A stretch of 64,000 nucleotides of DNA, taken from positions 352,001 to 416,000 of the forward strand of contig CAWEQH010000008.1 of NCBI GenBank assembly GCA_963811165.1, in the 5' to 3' direction. Positions 1-9,485 of this stretch are shown here, piece after piece. This DNA comes from an uncultured Nitrospiraceae bacterium (lineage in GTDB: Bacteria > Nitrospirota > Thermodesulfovibrionia > Thermodesulfovibrionales > UBA6898). The notes below the pieces were generated by a model. It had not been told where the DNA came from. It did no database searches and worked only from the letters and a program-made list of their open reading frames with translations. A program made the translations under genes and the position numbers. Numbering within the stretch: the stretch's first letter is position 1; each line of letters starts with the position of its first letter.

Positions 1-328
1 TAATAAGAAGGTGGTCGGCTCTGCCCAGAAACGCTGGGATGACGGCCTTCTTCAACAGGGCTCCATCCCCTATTCCTATAACGAACAACGGATCCGAAAG
101 ATCTTCGGTGAAGATAAATATACTGCCTTGCGGGACTGTACTATAGGCCTCAAAGATGTCGTGCCGGAGCTGGATGAAGCCAGGTTCAGGGAAATCATCG
201 CGGCCTCTTTTGAAGAGGTCTTTGGTATCAGCTTTGTTCCGGCCCTTCCGTCTCAGGAGGAGTCGGCCCTTGCCCTGGAGCTTCAGAAGAAGAAATATCT
301 TCTGGCCCGCTGGAACTTTCCGGGGTAG
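1..328 (+). CDS. Lipoate-protein ligase A / octanoyltransferase family protein, C-terminal part (5' end outside window)
   Basis: Frame reads KKVVGSAQKR...LLQQGSIP, the typical LplA/LipM K-x-x-G-S-A-Q motif; ends in W-N-F. Confidence 0.75.
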   Translation, partial: NKKVVGSAQKRWDDGLLQQGSIPYSYNEQRIRKIFGEDKYTALRDCTIGLKDVVPELDEARFREIIAASFEEVFGISFVPALPSQEESALALELQKKKYLLARWNFPG

Positions 329-1271
329 TTTCCACAGGTGTCTCAATCGGGGAGGGCAGATTTTTTTTCATCTCCATCTCGAAATAGTAGTTGAACACGA
401 CCGCCACTATTACCAGTCCGAGATATCCCTGTACGACGTACGAGATGATATGAAAGGGAATGGATATTATCGTCCCTATGATGGGGATAAGATTAAAAGG
501 ATAGACAATAAGCATCACAAGGAAGCTTACGATGATATACCCTATAAGGAGAAGTGCATAAAGCCAAAAAGCGTTCTGGTGGACCCATACGAACTTGAAT
601 CCGTCCCTGAACGACCGCACTGCGCCCTCGCCCCTGAAGAAAAGCACTGCGATTCCGTAGACGGTTACAGAGAGGACGCCCAGGATGAGACTGACGCCGA
701 TCAGAATAAGTATCAGCGAGAAGAAGATCCCGAGGAAAAGGGCGAGTGTAGAGTCCTGGCCCTTGGCGGCTGAAACGACCGCAGCTATCCCGCCTCCAAA
801 GAGGCCGAGGATAAATGCAATGAATATGAATACGAGCCCGACGAGGAGCGAATACCACATGATCGGGAAGAAGAATTTTCGGGCCTCCCGGAAGAAGGAC
901 TTCATGCTGAATTTGGAAGAAGGATCGAGGATGCTTCGCCCGATAATGCCTACCGAACCGCCGAAGATGTAAAGTCCGAGGGTCGTTACCATGAGGATAT
1001 AGAAAAGAAAGCTTGATAAGACGATCATGACAAGACCGAAGTATTTCGAAAGAAGTTCGGCCGGGTTTTTGAATACGCCGATGAAGTCCTTTATTTCAGT
1101 AAGGCCCGTGAGGTCCAGACCGAAGATGATGAAGGCGATGCCGAGCGGTATCCCTACCATGATAAAAAACGCGATACAGTTGAAGAGCATCATGCCCGCC
1201 TGCACGGCAACGAGTTGCCACCTGCTGTTTACAAGCCTGAAACCGCTTTTTATCGCCTCGGAATACGTCAC
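228..1271 (-). CDS. Hypothetical polytopic membrane protein
   Basis: 347 aa with about 6 hydrophobic segments and an acidic/Pro-rich tail. Follows the helicase on the same strand and overlaps the convergent ligase gene by about 100 bp. Confidence 0.75.
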   Translation of the reverse strand: MTYSEAIKSGFRLVNSRWQLVAVQAGMMLFNCIAFFIMVGIPLGIAFIIFGLDLTGLTEIKDFIGVFKNPAELLSKYFGLVMIVLSSFLFYILMVTTLGLYIFGGSVGIIGRSILDPSSKFSMKSFFREARKFFFPIMWYSLLVGLVFIFIAFILGLFGGGIAAVVSAAKGQDSTLALFLGIFFSLILILIGVSLILGVLSVTVYGIAVLFFRGEGAVRSFRDGFKFVWVHQNAFWLYALLLIGYIIVSFLVMLIVYPFNLIPIIGTIISIPFHIISYVVQGYLGLVIVAVVFNYYFEMEMKKNLPSPIETPVETTPESSSGPEDISSSEAPGQGPTPPETEGPEQS

Positions 1272-1344
1272 TTCATCTCACCTGAGTAAAACGTTACCAC
1301 AGATCGCGGGAATTAGCGTATAAAAGTTATGGCACATCTTCGTA

Positions 1345-3303
1345 TTATACATCCTCGACCGCGATCTCCTCAAAACAATCTTTCGGGATTTCCTTCAGAA
1401 ACCGTGAAGGTTTCAGAAATCCGAGTGAATTCCAGTCCTCCGAGGAAATAGGATAACACACGTATAAATCTTCTTTTGCCCGCGTTACTCCCACATAAAA
1501 GAGTCTCCTCTCCTCTTCCTCATCGTCACTCCTGAGAGACTTTGCCGAAGGGAACCGGCCGTCGTTCATCCCGATAATGAATACCGCCTCCCACTCGAGC
1601 CCCTTTGCCTGGTGGACCGTCGAGAGGACCAATTTCCCGCCGGGAAGGTCCGCCTCTTCTGTTTGGGCCTCGGTCACCCCCTGAAGCGCAAGGTCGCTCA
1701 GAAACGTATCGAGCGAGTCGTACCTCAGCGCAAAGCGCGACATCTGCTCGATGTCTTCTATGCGCATCTCCGCGTTGGGATAATTGTTGTAGAGGTGGTC
1801 TTCGTACCCGTGCCTCAGGACAAAGTCAATCGCGGCGGATGGAGAGGAAAAATATTTTTCCTCCCGCAGCTCTCTGAGTACATCCAGGAAAAGGCCGAAC
1901 CCGCCGCCGGACTTTTTGGGGATCAGCCGGTAGGCCTCCGCGATCAACCCGACAGGGTCTTCCGACGCGCGAATGAACTCCCACACTTTACCGGAGGTAA
2001 TATTTCCCACTCCGCGGATAAGCTTCATGGTCCTCTTCCAGCTGATCTCGTCGAAAGGGTTTGTTATTATCCTCAGGTAGGAGAGGATGTCCTTGATATG
2101 CGCCTGTTCGAAAAACTTGAGCCCCGACCGGATTTCAAAGGGTATTCCTCTGCGCTGGAGTTCCATTTGGAGCTGCATAGACTGGTAATGCGACCGGTAG
2201 AGCACCGCCATCTGGTCGAAAGGCCTGCCGTCTGAGTTCATGTCCATGATTACAGAGGCGACGAACTCCGCCTCTTCGAATACGTCTTTAAGGGGCACTA
2301 CGTTGGGCGGCTCGCCGGACGGTACGACCGCGTGCAGTTCTTTTGCGAACTGCCTCCTGTTATTTGCGATGATGCTGTTTGCGAGGTAAAGTATCTCCGG
2401 TGTGGAGCGGTAGTTGGTCGTCAGTTTAAATATCAGGGCATCGCGGTACCTTTCGGGAAACTTGAGGATGTTTTCGAAATCCGCTCCCCTGAAGGAATAT
2501 ATCGACTGTGCATCGTCGCCCACGACCATCAGGTTTTGATCTCCTCCTGTGGTCAGGTCGATGATGTCTGCCTGAAGCCTGTTTGTGTCCTGGTATTCGT
2601 CCACGAGGATATGTCTGAACTTCAGGGAATAATACTCCCTTATGTTGTCGTGCTGCTCGAATATGTATTTCCATTTAACGAGGAGGTCGTCGAAGTCCGC
2701 GAGATTGAGCGCGACTTTTTTATTTTCATAAAGGCCGATGATCTTTTCGATGTCGTCGAGCGCATTTACAAAATGGGGGAACCTCTCTATGACAATATCC
2801 CCGGCCGGCAGGCCCGTGTTTTTCGAGAGGCTGTGTATCTCGGAAAAGACCGCGCCCCTGGGGAGAACGACGTCTTTTTTATGGACCTCCGCGATACAGG
2901 ACTCGAAGAGTTCCTTCGAGTCTTCCCTGTCGAGTATCGAAAACCCCTGCTTGTATCCGGCGAGGAGATAGTGCTGCCTCAGCATGAGGTTGGCGACATG
3001 ATGGAACGTGCCGCCGAAAATTCCCATAATATTCCTTCCGACGAGCCTCTCCGCTCTCCGCATCATCTCTTTAGCCGCTTTGTTGGTAAAGGTAAGGAGA
3101 AGTATGTTTTCGGGCCGTGTGCCGGCCTCTATAAGCCTTGCCACCCTGTACGTGACGACCCTTGTTTTTCCGGTCCCTGCTCCGGCCAGAACGAGCGCCG
3201 GCCCCTTTTCGTGCATGACGGCGGCATATTGCTCGGGATTGAGGTCTTTCTCGTAGTCGACCGTGAAGACAGGTTCTTCCCTGTGGAGACGGTATTTCTT
3301 CAT
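1345..3303 (-). CDS. UvrD/PcrA/Rep-family ATP-dependent DNA helicase
   Basis: SF1 motifs LAGAGTGKT, LTFTNKAA, VDEYQD, GDDAQSIYSFRGA, NYRS, STVHQAKGLEW, EERRLFYVGVTRA. Start placed at MKKY; ATG 3342 is an alternative. Confidence 0.95.
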   Translation of the reverse strand: MKKYRLHREEPVFTVDYEKDLNPEQYAAVMHEKGPALVLAGAGTGKTRVVTYRVARLIEAGTRPENILLLTFTNKAAKEMMRRAERLVGRNIMGIFGGTFHHVANLMLRQHYLLAGYKQGFSILDREDSKELFESCIAEVHKKDVVLPRGAVFSEIHSLSKNTGLPAGDIVIERFPHFVNALDDIEKIIGLYENKKVALNLADFDDLLVKWKYIFEQHDNIREYYSLKFRHILVDEYQDTNRLQADIIDLTTGGDQNLMVVGDDAQSIYSFRGADFENILKFPERYRDALIFKLTTNYRSTPEILYLANSIIANNRRQFAKELHAVVPSGEPPNVVPLKDVFEEAEFVASVIMDMNSDGRPFDQMAVLYRSHYQSMQLQMELQRRGIPFEIRSGLKFFEQAHIKDILSYLRIITNPFDEISWKRTMKLIRGVGNITSGKVWEFIRASEDPVGLIAEAYRLIPKKSGGGFGLFLDVLRELREEKYFSSPSAAIDFVLRHGYEDHLYNNYPNAEMRIEDIEQMSRFALRYDSLDTFLSDLALQGVTEAQTEEADLPGGKLVLSTVHQAKGLEWEAVFIIGMNDGRFPSAKSLRSDDEEEERRLFYVGVTRAKEDLYVCYPISSEDWNSLGFLKPSRFLKEIPKDCFEEIAVEDV

Positions 3304-3461
3304 ACGTGATATTTTAGCAGAGACCCGGGACATAAAATACACGAGTTTCCATGAGTATAACTCTCCAGTGAAGGATGGCTGTATGAGGCAAGCTTACTCA
3401 ATGAAAACCATGGAAGATACTAAGTGTATATGGCGAAAGGGGATAAGAGGATGAAGAAGAT

Positions 3462-3489
3462 AAAAAAAAGGCCTGCGAAATCACAGGCC
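3462..3489 (-). terminator. Rho-independent terminator of the cytochrome gene
   Basis: GGCCTG-N8-CAGGCC hairpin next to an A8 tract (U-tract on the minus strand), just downstream of the stop at 3515. Confidence 0.7.
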
Positions 3490-3514
3490 CTTGCTGGGTG
3501 GTAATGAGAATGTT

Positions 3515-4381
3515 TTATTTCTTCTTCTTGGGGACTTCCTTCGGCTTTGGTGCCTCTTTCGCGGCTTCTTTCGGTTGCGCCTGAGACCAGTTATTCAGGT
3601 CATGGGCGATGTTATGGCACTCGCCGCATTTCGGGAACTTTTTCATGATGCCGGCCGGATGAGGTGTGCCATGGCAGTCTTGGCAGTGGGGCACGGTCTT
3701 GTGCTTTTCCTGATGGCAGAATGCGCATGTCAGCGCCTTGTGCTTGGCCTGGCTTGCACCGAGGAGATCGAAGGCCTTTTTGTGACACGTGCCACAGTCC
3801 TTTGACGGGGTATCGGCAGCATAGGTCACTTGCTTGGGCATATGTGCCTTGTGGCATTTCTTGCAGTCGGCGACAACCATTTCCGCCGAATGTGGTTTGT
3901 GGCACTGGGTGCACTGAGGGACCTTGCGGTGAACACTGTGACAGAAGGAGCAGTCAAAGGCGCTATGCTTGCTCTTGTTGTCTTTGAGTTGAGCTATTTG
4001 CCGGGTGTGGCAGGTGGCACACGCATCCGTTACTTTGCCCGAAAAAGAGATATTCAAAGGCGTATGCGGATTCTTGTGACAGCTGAGGCAGCCCTTAAGT
4101 TCGAAGTGGGCCTTTCCCATATGACAGTCGCTGCACTGTGGAATGGGTTTCTTGACCGTCGGCGGATGGCCGACATGACAGCCCGTACACCCGACGTCCT
4201 TATGTTTTCCTCCGGCGGTCGCTATATCCGCAGGCGGAACTTCATGGCACTTTGAACAGTCTTCGTTTGTCAGAGCGGGTTTTGTCTGGGCATGCGCCGT
4301 GCCGGCACAAATCAGAAACACCGGGATCGTCACTACCAGGAACAATACGGCAATGATTCTGCTGCTTCTTGATGATTTCAT
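3515..4381 (-). CDS. Periplasmic multiheme cytochrome c (12 CxxCH motifs)
   Basis: Signal peptide ending AHA. CSKCH, CTGCH, CSDCH, CLSCH, CATCH, CSFCH, CTQCH, CKKCH, CGTCH, CAFCH, CQDCH, CGECH. Confidence 0.93.
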   Translation of the reverse strand: MKSSRSSRIIAVLFLVVTIPVFLICAGTAHAQTKPALTNEDCSKCHEVPPADIATAGGKHKDVGCTGCHVGHPPTVKKPIPQCSDCHMGKAHFELKGCLSCHKNPHTPLNISFSGKVTDACATCHTRQIAQLKDNKSKHSAFDCSFCHSVHRKVPQCTQCHKPHSAEMVVADCKKCHKAHMPKQVTYAADTPSKDCGTCHKKAFDLLGASQAKHKALTCAFCHQEKHKTVPHCQDCHGTPHPAGIMKKFPKCGECHNIAHDLNNWSQAQPKEAAKEAPKPKEVPKKKK

Positions 4382-4463
4382 CTTCCCCCCTTATGAATAA
4401 TTTTTGAAGTGGTGCGGTACTTCTTTCACCATACTCATTTAGGATATAAAGAATGCCGCACAG

Positions 4464-4479
4464 TGCCAAGATTATGCCA
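4464..4479 (-). promoter_or_regulatory. Possible sigma54 -24/-12 promoter for the cytochrome gene
   Basis: Minus strand reads TGGCAT-AATCT-TGGCA, about 80 bp upstream of the ATG; imperfect -12 element. Confidence 0.35.
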
Positions 4480-4582
4480 TAGTTCCTTGCAGCAGTCAAC
4501 GGGGTTGTGTTTGCTTTTCAATCTTGATAAAAAAAGCGGCAAAAGGGTATATTATCTAACTAATCTTTTCCGGAGGTGGCAG

Positions 4583-4909
4583 ATGTTTACAGGATTGGCG
4601 TACGCGATGGGGCCCAACCCTCAGGGTGGGCAGGGTGCCGGCGGCGGAATAATGGGCTTTCTTCCACTTATCCTTATTTTCGTAATATTCTATTTCCTTC
4701 TTATAAGACCCCAGCAGAAGAGGGCGAAGGAACAGAAGGCCATGCTGGACAATCTTAAAAAGGGCGATAAGGTAATTATTTCCGGAGGAGAATTCGGGAT
4801 TATAGAGGAGGTAAAGGGCAACACGGTTGTAGTCAAGATCGCCGAAAACGTGAAGGTCAAGTACGGCAAGGCATATGTCGCTGCGCTGAGACAATCGGAC
4901 GACGAATAA
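4583..4909 (+). CDS. yajC: Preprotein translocase subunit YajC
   Basis: IFYFLLIRPQQKRAK...LKKGDKVI..GG motif; GGAGG RBS before ATG 4583; precedes secD. Confidence 0.95.
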   Translation: MFTGLAYAMGPNPQGGQGAGGGIMGFLPLILIFVIFYFLLIRPQQKRAKEQKAMLDNLKKGDKVIISGGEFGIIEEVKGNTVVVKIAENVKVKYGKAYVAALRQSDDE

Positions 4910-5032
4910 GGTAAAGAAGTCCGCTGTTGGAGGCTGCCTGAGCGATTATCTCGCCTGACCTGTTTCGTAAGCTGGATCGAGAGACTAAAAAATGAGAGTG
5001 AAAGATATCGTCGATATTATTGCGGAGGTTCA

Positions 5033-6655
5033 ATGAAAAAAAATATTCTCTGGAGGATCCTTTTCATAGGGTTCACACTGCTTGTCGCGGTGGTTTTCTT
5101 TCTTCCCAATACACCACTTTTTAAATATATGCCGGAGTGGTGGAAAAAGGGCATGCCGAACAAGGGCATTATCCTTGGACTAGACCTCCAGGGAGGGCTT
5201 CACCTCGTCTTTGAGGTCGAGGGCGATAAGGCGGTAGAGACCTCTACCGACCGCTACGTGTACATGATCAGGGATATGCTGGCCAAGAAGAAGATCCAGG
5301 CCGAGGTGAAGAGGAACGGCCTCAATATAGAGATATCGCCTTCGGGTCCTGAAATAGCCACTGCCGTCAAAGACGGCTACCCTATCCTTGATACGGTGTC
5401 GTCGGGACAGCCCTTTGTACTGAAGATCTCCGACAAGGAAGCAAAGAGGATAAAGGACAGCGCCGTAGACCAGGCGCTTGAGACGATCAGAAACAGGATC
5501 GACCAGTTCGGTGTTTCGGAGCCGAGTATCCAAAGGCAGGGAGAAAACGAGATCGTGGTCCAGTTGCCGGGCGTAAAAGACCCGAAGCGCGCCATAGAAC
5601 TCGTCGGCAGGACTGCACAACTGGAATTTAAACTCGTCGACGACGAATCGCCGATTGCGGCGCAGCTTCCCCAGGTGGTCCAGCCCGGGGATGAAGAGAG
5701 GGTGCTTGGACAGTTCGCCGATAAGATCCCGGCCGACGACGAGATCCTCTTTGAGAAAAAAGTGAACAGTGAAACAGGCGCCGCGATCAAGATACCGATC
5801 CTTCTTAAAAAGGAGGCGGCCCTTACCGGCAACCTCCTGAGCGAGGCGAAGGTGAGCCTCGGTAGCCAGCGCGCCGAACCGTATGTCTCTATATCGTTCA
5901 ACACCGAAGGCGCCAAGCTCTTCGATGAGGTGACCGGCGCGAATGTAAAGAAAAGGCTTGCTATCATATTGGACAATACAATCTATTCCGCCCCGGTTAT
6001 CCAGGAGAGGATATCGGGCGGCAATGCGCAGATCACCGGCAATTTCAGTATGGATGAGGCGAAAGACCTCAGTATCGTATTGAAAGCGGGCGCACTTCCC
6101 GCGCCGCTGAAAATGCTCCAGAACGTGACCGTGGGACCTTCGCTTGGAGAGGACTCGATCAGGGCGGGGATGCTTGCCGGGGTGATCGGCACGGTTGCGG
6201 TCATCATATTCATGATCATATACTACAGACTTTCCGGAGTTATCGCCGACTTCGCCCTCGTGCTGAATATCGTTCTTCTGTTCGGCGCAATGGCTTCCCT
6301 TAACGCGACGCTGACCCTTCCGGGCATCGCCGGGGTTATCCTGGCCATCGGCATGGCCGTCGACTCAAACGTGCTGATGTTCGAACGTATCAGAGACGAA
6401 CTGAGGACCGGAAAGACCCCGAGGTCGGCCGTCGATTCGGGATATCACAAGGCATTCTGGACAATCTTCGACTCCCATGTGACGACCCTTATCACCGCCG
6501 TGGTCCTCTTTCAGTTCGGGACCGGGCCGATAAAGGGCTTTGCGGTGACCCTGAGCCTGGGTGTTCTCATAAATCTATACACTGCGCTCATAGGGACAAA
6601 GACGGTTTTCGATCTCATCAACTCCAGGCGTGACGTGCAGAAATTGAGCATATAG
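5033..6655 (+). CDS. secD: Protein translocase subunit SecD
   Basis: [47 protein letters not shown]. Confidence 0.98.
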   Translation: MKKNILWRILFIGFTLLVAVVFFLPNTPLFKYMPEWWKKGMPNKGIILGLDLQGGLHLVFEVEGDKAVETSTDRYVYMIRDMLAKKKIQAEVKRNGLNIEISPSGPEIATAVKDGYPILDTVSSGQPFVLKISDKEAKRIKDSAVDQALETIRNRIDQFGVSEPSIQRQGENEIVVQLPGVKDPKRAIELVGRTAQLEFKLVDDESPIAAQLPQVVQPGDEERVLGQFADKIPADDEILFEKKVNSETGAAIKIPILLKKEAALTGNLLSEAKVSLGSQRAEPYVSISFNTEGAKLFDEVTGANVKKRLAIILDNTIYSAPVIQERISGGNAQITGNFSMDEAKDLSIVLKAGALPAPLKMLQNVTVGPSLGEDSIRAGMLAGVIGTVAVIIFMIIYYRLSGVIADFALVLNIVLLFGAMASLNATLTLPGIAGVILAIGMAVDSNVLMFERIRDELRTGKTPRSAVDSGYHKAFWTIFDSHVTTLITAVVLFQFGTGPIKGFAVTLSLGVLINLYTALIGTKTVFDLINSRRDVQKLSI

Positions 6656-6679
6656 CTTACAACTCGTAGAGGAGGCAGG

Positions 6680-7591
6680 ATGTTAGAGATTATCAAAAAC
6701 ACAAATATAGATTTTATGGGAAAGAGGAAGTTCGCATTCGTCTTTTCGGGCATCCTCGCGATCATCGGTATCATCGCGATTATCCAGGTGGCAAACGGAC
6801 GGGCGAATCTCGGGATCGATTTTGCGGGTGGTACGGCGATACAGCTGAAGTTCTCGAAGCCTGTTGCACTCCATGCGGTCAGGAGTGCCCTGGAAAGCGG
6901 CGGGATAAGAGACTTCGAACTGCAGGATTTCCCCGCGACGAACAAGATCCTCATACGGGTGAAAAAATCAGAGCAGCAACTCGGTAAGTCGGCGGACGCC
7001 ATTACTTCAGTAATAACGCAGAAGATGCCGGACAATACATATGTTGTGGATTCCACTACCGAGATAGGCCCCAAGGTCGGCGGAAGACTGAGGGCGGCTT
7101 CGGCCAGTGCCGTGGGGTGGGCGACGCTCGGCATCCTTATCTATATCGCTGTCAGGTTCAAGCTTAATTTCGCCGTCGGCGCGACTATCGCGACCTTCCA
7201 TGACGTGCTTGCTGTTCTCGGGATTTTTTTCCTGCTCGGCAAGGAAATCAACCTGATCCTTGTGACGGCGCTGCTGACAATCGCCGGATATTCCCTTACC
7301 GACACGGTCGTCGTCTTCGACAGAATAAGAGAGAACCTCAAGGCGAGGCTGAAAGACCCCGTCGAGACGGTCATGAACGGCAGTATCAATGAAGTCTTAT
7401 CAAGGACGATCGTTACCTCCATGACGGTCTTCATTACTTCGCTGGCGCTCTTCCTTTTCGGCGGTGAAGTGATCCATGATTTCAGTCTCGCCATGCTCAT
7501 GGGGGTGATCGTCGGGACCTATTCATCCATATTTGTTGCGAGCCCCGTGGTATTGCTCTGGAGAGGGAAGAAGCCAATAGGGAAAAGATAG
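6680..7591 (+). CDS. secF: Protein translocase subunit SecF
   Basis: GIDFAGG, FHDV, GYSLTDTVVVFDRIREN, GTYSSIFVA. Confidence 0.98.
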   Translation: MLEIIKNTNIDFMGKRKFAFVFSGILAIIGIIAIIQVANGRANLGIDFAGGTAIQLKFSKPVALHAVRSALESGGIRDFELQDFPATNKILIRVKKSEQQLGKSADAITSVITQKMPDNTYVVDSTTEIGPKVGGRLRAASASAVGWATLGILIYIAVRFKLNFAVGATIATFHDVLAVLGIFFLLGKEINLILVTALLTIAGYSLTDTVVVFDRIRENLKARLKDPVETVMNGSINEVLSRTIVTSMTVFITSLALFLFGGEVIHDFSLAMLMGVIVGTYSSIFVASPVVLLWRGKKPIGKR

Positions 7592-7685
7592 CGCGTGACG
7601 CGTAATGCCCCCGCGTAGCGGGCCGGCGGGCTGCGAAGGAGACGGGAGAAAGGCATGCAGTGCGGGTTGCGCATAACGGGTCCTT

Positions 7686-9437
7686 ATGAATAGACGATGG
7701 CTCCTGAACAAGACAAACCCCGAATTTATCCAGCATATATCTAAGACCGCATCTGTGTCCCCGATCTTTGCCCGGGTGCTGGTGAACAGGGGACTGAAGT
7801 CCGCTGCTGCCATTGCCGATTTCCTCGCCCCCGCGGTTGCGCAGTTGTCAGACCCCTTTGATATTAACGGCGTGGATGCGGCTGTCAGGAGAATTAAGGC
7901 GGCCATAAAAGGAAACGAGCGCATATTTGTCCACGGCGACTATGATGCCGACGGCATTTCCGCAACTGCGATCGTATATCATACGCTCAGGGAACAGGGG
8001 GCCGACTGTCTGTACTTTATCCCTGAAAGGTTCGGTCATGGCTACGGGTTCCATCCACACGGGGTGCGGGAGGCGAAGGACGCCGGGGCCTCGCTGATTA
8101 TTACGGTCGACTGCGGGATCACGTCCTTCGAGGCGGTTGCTGCCGCACACAGGGAAGGTATCGACGTCATCATCACCGACCATCATGAACCGGCCAAAAA
8201 AGCGAAGCGGGAATCGCAGGGCGAAGAAGACAAAGCCGCGATCCTTCAACCGGCCGGTCCCCCGACCCGTGACAGTATCGTGCCCGATGCATTTGCGGTC
8301 ATAAACCCCAAGATCTCAAATCAGGGGACTGCCGTTGAAAACCTTTCGGGGGCCGGGGTGGCGTTGAAATTAATGCATGCACTCTGCGGAGGCAGTCTCT
8401 CAGATATGCTTCCCCTCTTCGACCTGGCGAGTATCGGGACGATCGCGGATGTAGTGCCGTTGACTGGAGAAAACCGCGTGATAGTGCGTAACGGACTGAC
8501 GCTTATCAATAGGGGGAATCGTCCCGGGATAAGGGCCCTGATGAAGGTCGCGGGGATGGAAGGGCGGGAGGTAAGGGCGGGAAGGCTTGCATACTCGGTG
8601 ATCCCCCGGATAAATGCGGCAGGAAGGCTCGCTGCATCGAGAGACGTGGTGAAATTGCTGACAACCGACTCCGAAGACGAGGCATGGGAGATCGCGGTCT
8701 GGCTGGACAGACTGAATACGGAGAGACAACGAATAGAGGAAGTCATATTCCAGGAAGCACTTAAAAAGCTCGATGCCAAAGATACATGTTCTGCAATAGT
8801 CCTCTCGGGCCGTGGATGGCATGAGGGTGTTATCGGGATAGTTGCGTCGCGGATAGCAGAAAAGTTTTCGAGGCCCACGGTAATATTTTCGGTCGAAGAC
8901 GGGGTCGCGAAAGGTTCGGCGCGAAGTGTCCCCTCCTTTGATGTGTGTGGGGCGCTGTCGGACTGCAGTGATCTGCTTATCAGTTACGGCGGGCACAAAC
9001 AGGCCGCGGGGGTCAAACTCGAAGCGTCGAAACTGGGCGATTTCGAAAAGAGGCTCAGTTGCCTTTGCGGGGCCGGGGAGATCAAATCCGCTGCGGAGAT
9101 AACGATAGATGCAGCCGTGAACCTTTCGGATATGAACTTCGGGCTGATCAGGGAGTTGAATATGCTTGAACCCCTGGGACTCGGTAATCCCGAGCCTCTT
9201 TTCGGCGGGCGGATGCTGGATGTGCTGTCCCCGAGGATGGTTGGGTCCAAGCATGTCCGAATGAAGCTCTGTCAGAGGTCCTGCTGCGTCGATACGATAG
9301 GGTTTGATATGGGGCAGGCTATCGACAAATTCGATCTTTATGAGACCATAGATGCGGTCTTCACTCCTACCATTAACGAGTGGAACGGGGGGCGATACCT
9401 TCAGCTGGTCCTGAGGGCCTTCAGGGCGAGTGTGTAG
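7686..9437 (+). CDS. recJ: Single-stranded DNA exonuclease RecJ
   Basis: GDYDADG, TVDCG, TDHH, GTIADVVPL, PRINAAGR, GSARS, GGHKQAAG. Confidence 0.97.
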   Translation: MNRRWLLNKTNPEFIQHISKTASVSPIFARVLVNRGLKSAAAIADFLAPAVAQLSDPFDINGVDAAVRRIKAAIKGNERIFVHGDYDADGISATAIVYHTLREQGADCLYFIPERFGHGYGFHPHGVREAKDAGASLIITVDCGITSFEAVAAAHREGIDVIITDHHEPAKKAKRESQGEEDKAAILQPAGPPTRDSIVPDAFAVINPKISNQGTAVENLSGAGVALKLMHALCGGSLSDMLPLFDLASIGTIADVVPLTGENRVIVRNGLTLINRGNRPGIRALMKVAGMEGREVRAGRLAYSVIPRINAAGRLAASRDVVKLLTTDSEDEAWEIAVWLDRLNTERQRIEEVIFQEALKKLDAKDTCSAIVLSGRGWHEGVIGIVASRIAEKFSRPTVIFSVEDGVAKGSARSVPSFDVCGALSDCSDLLISYGGHKQAAGVKLEASKLGDFEKRLSCLCGAGEIKSAAEITIDAAVNLSDMNFGLIRELNMLEPLGLGNPEPLFGGRMLDVLSPRMVGSKHVRMKLCQRSCCVDTIGFDMGQAIDKFDLYETIDAVFTPTINEWNGGRYLQLVLRAFRASV

Positions 9438-9485
9438 GCGCGTTGTCTTTGGGTCCCAATTCTGCCCAAAGTAGTATAATAGGGA

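Noticed and set aside
228..328. About 100-bp convergent overlap of two genes
   Set aside because: It involves only a low-complexity C-terminal tail, which is ordinary stop-codon drift.
1605..3309. Long antisense ORFs (e.g. 2332-3309, also 8400-9254, 10392-11300, 38946-39830, 50868-51635)
   Set aside because: Shadows of well-supported genes on the opposite strand, with no recognisable motifs.
4409..4582. N-terminal extension of yajC in the ORF track
   Set aside because: The RBS and typical YajC length favour ATG 4583; the extension crosses the divergent promoter region.
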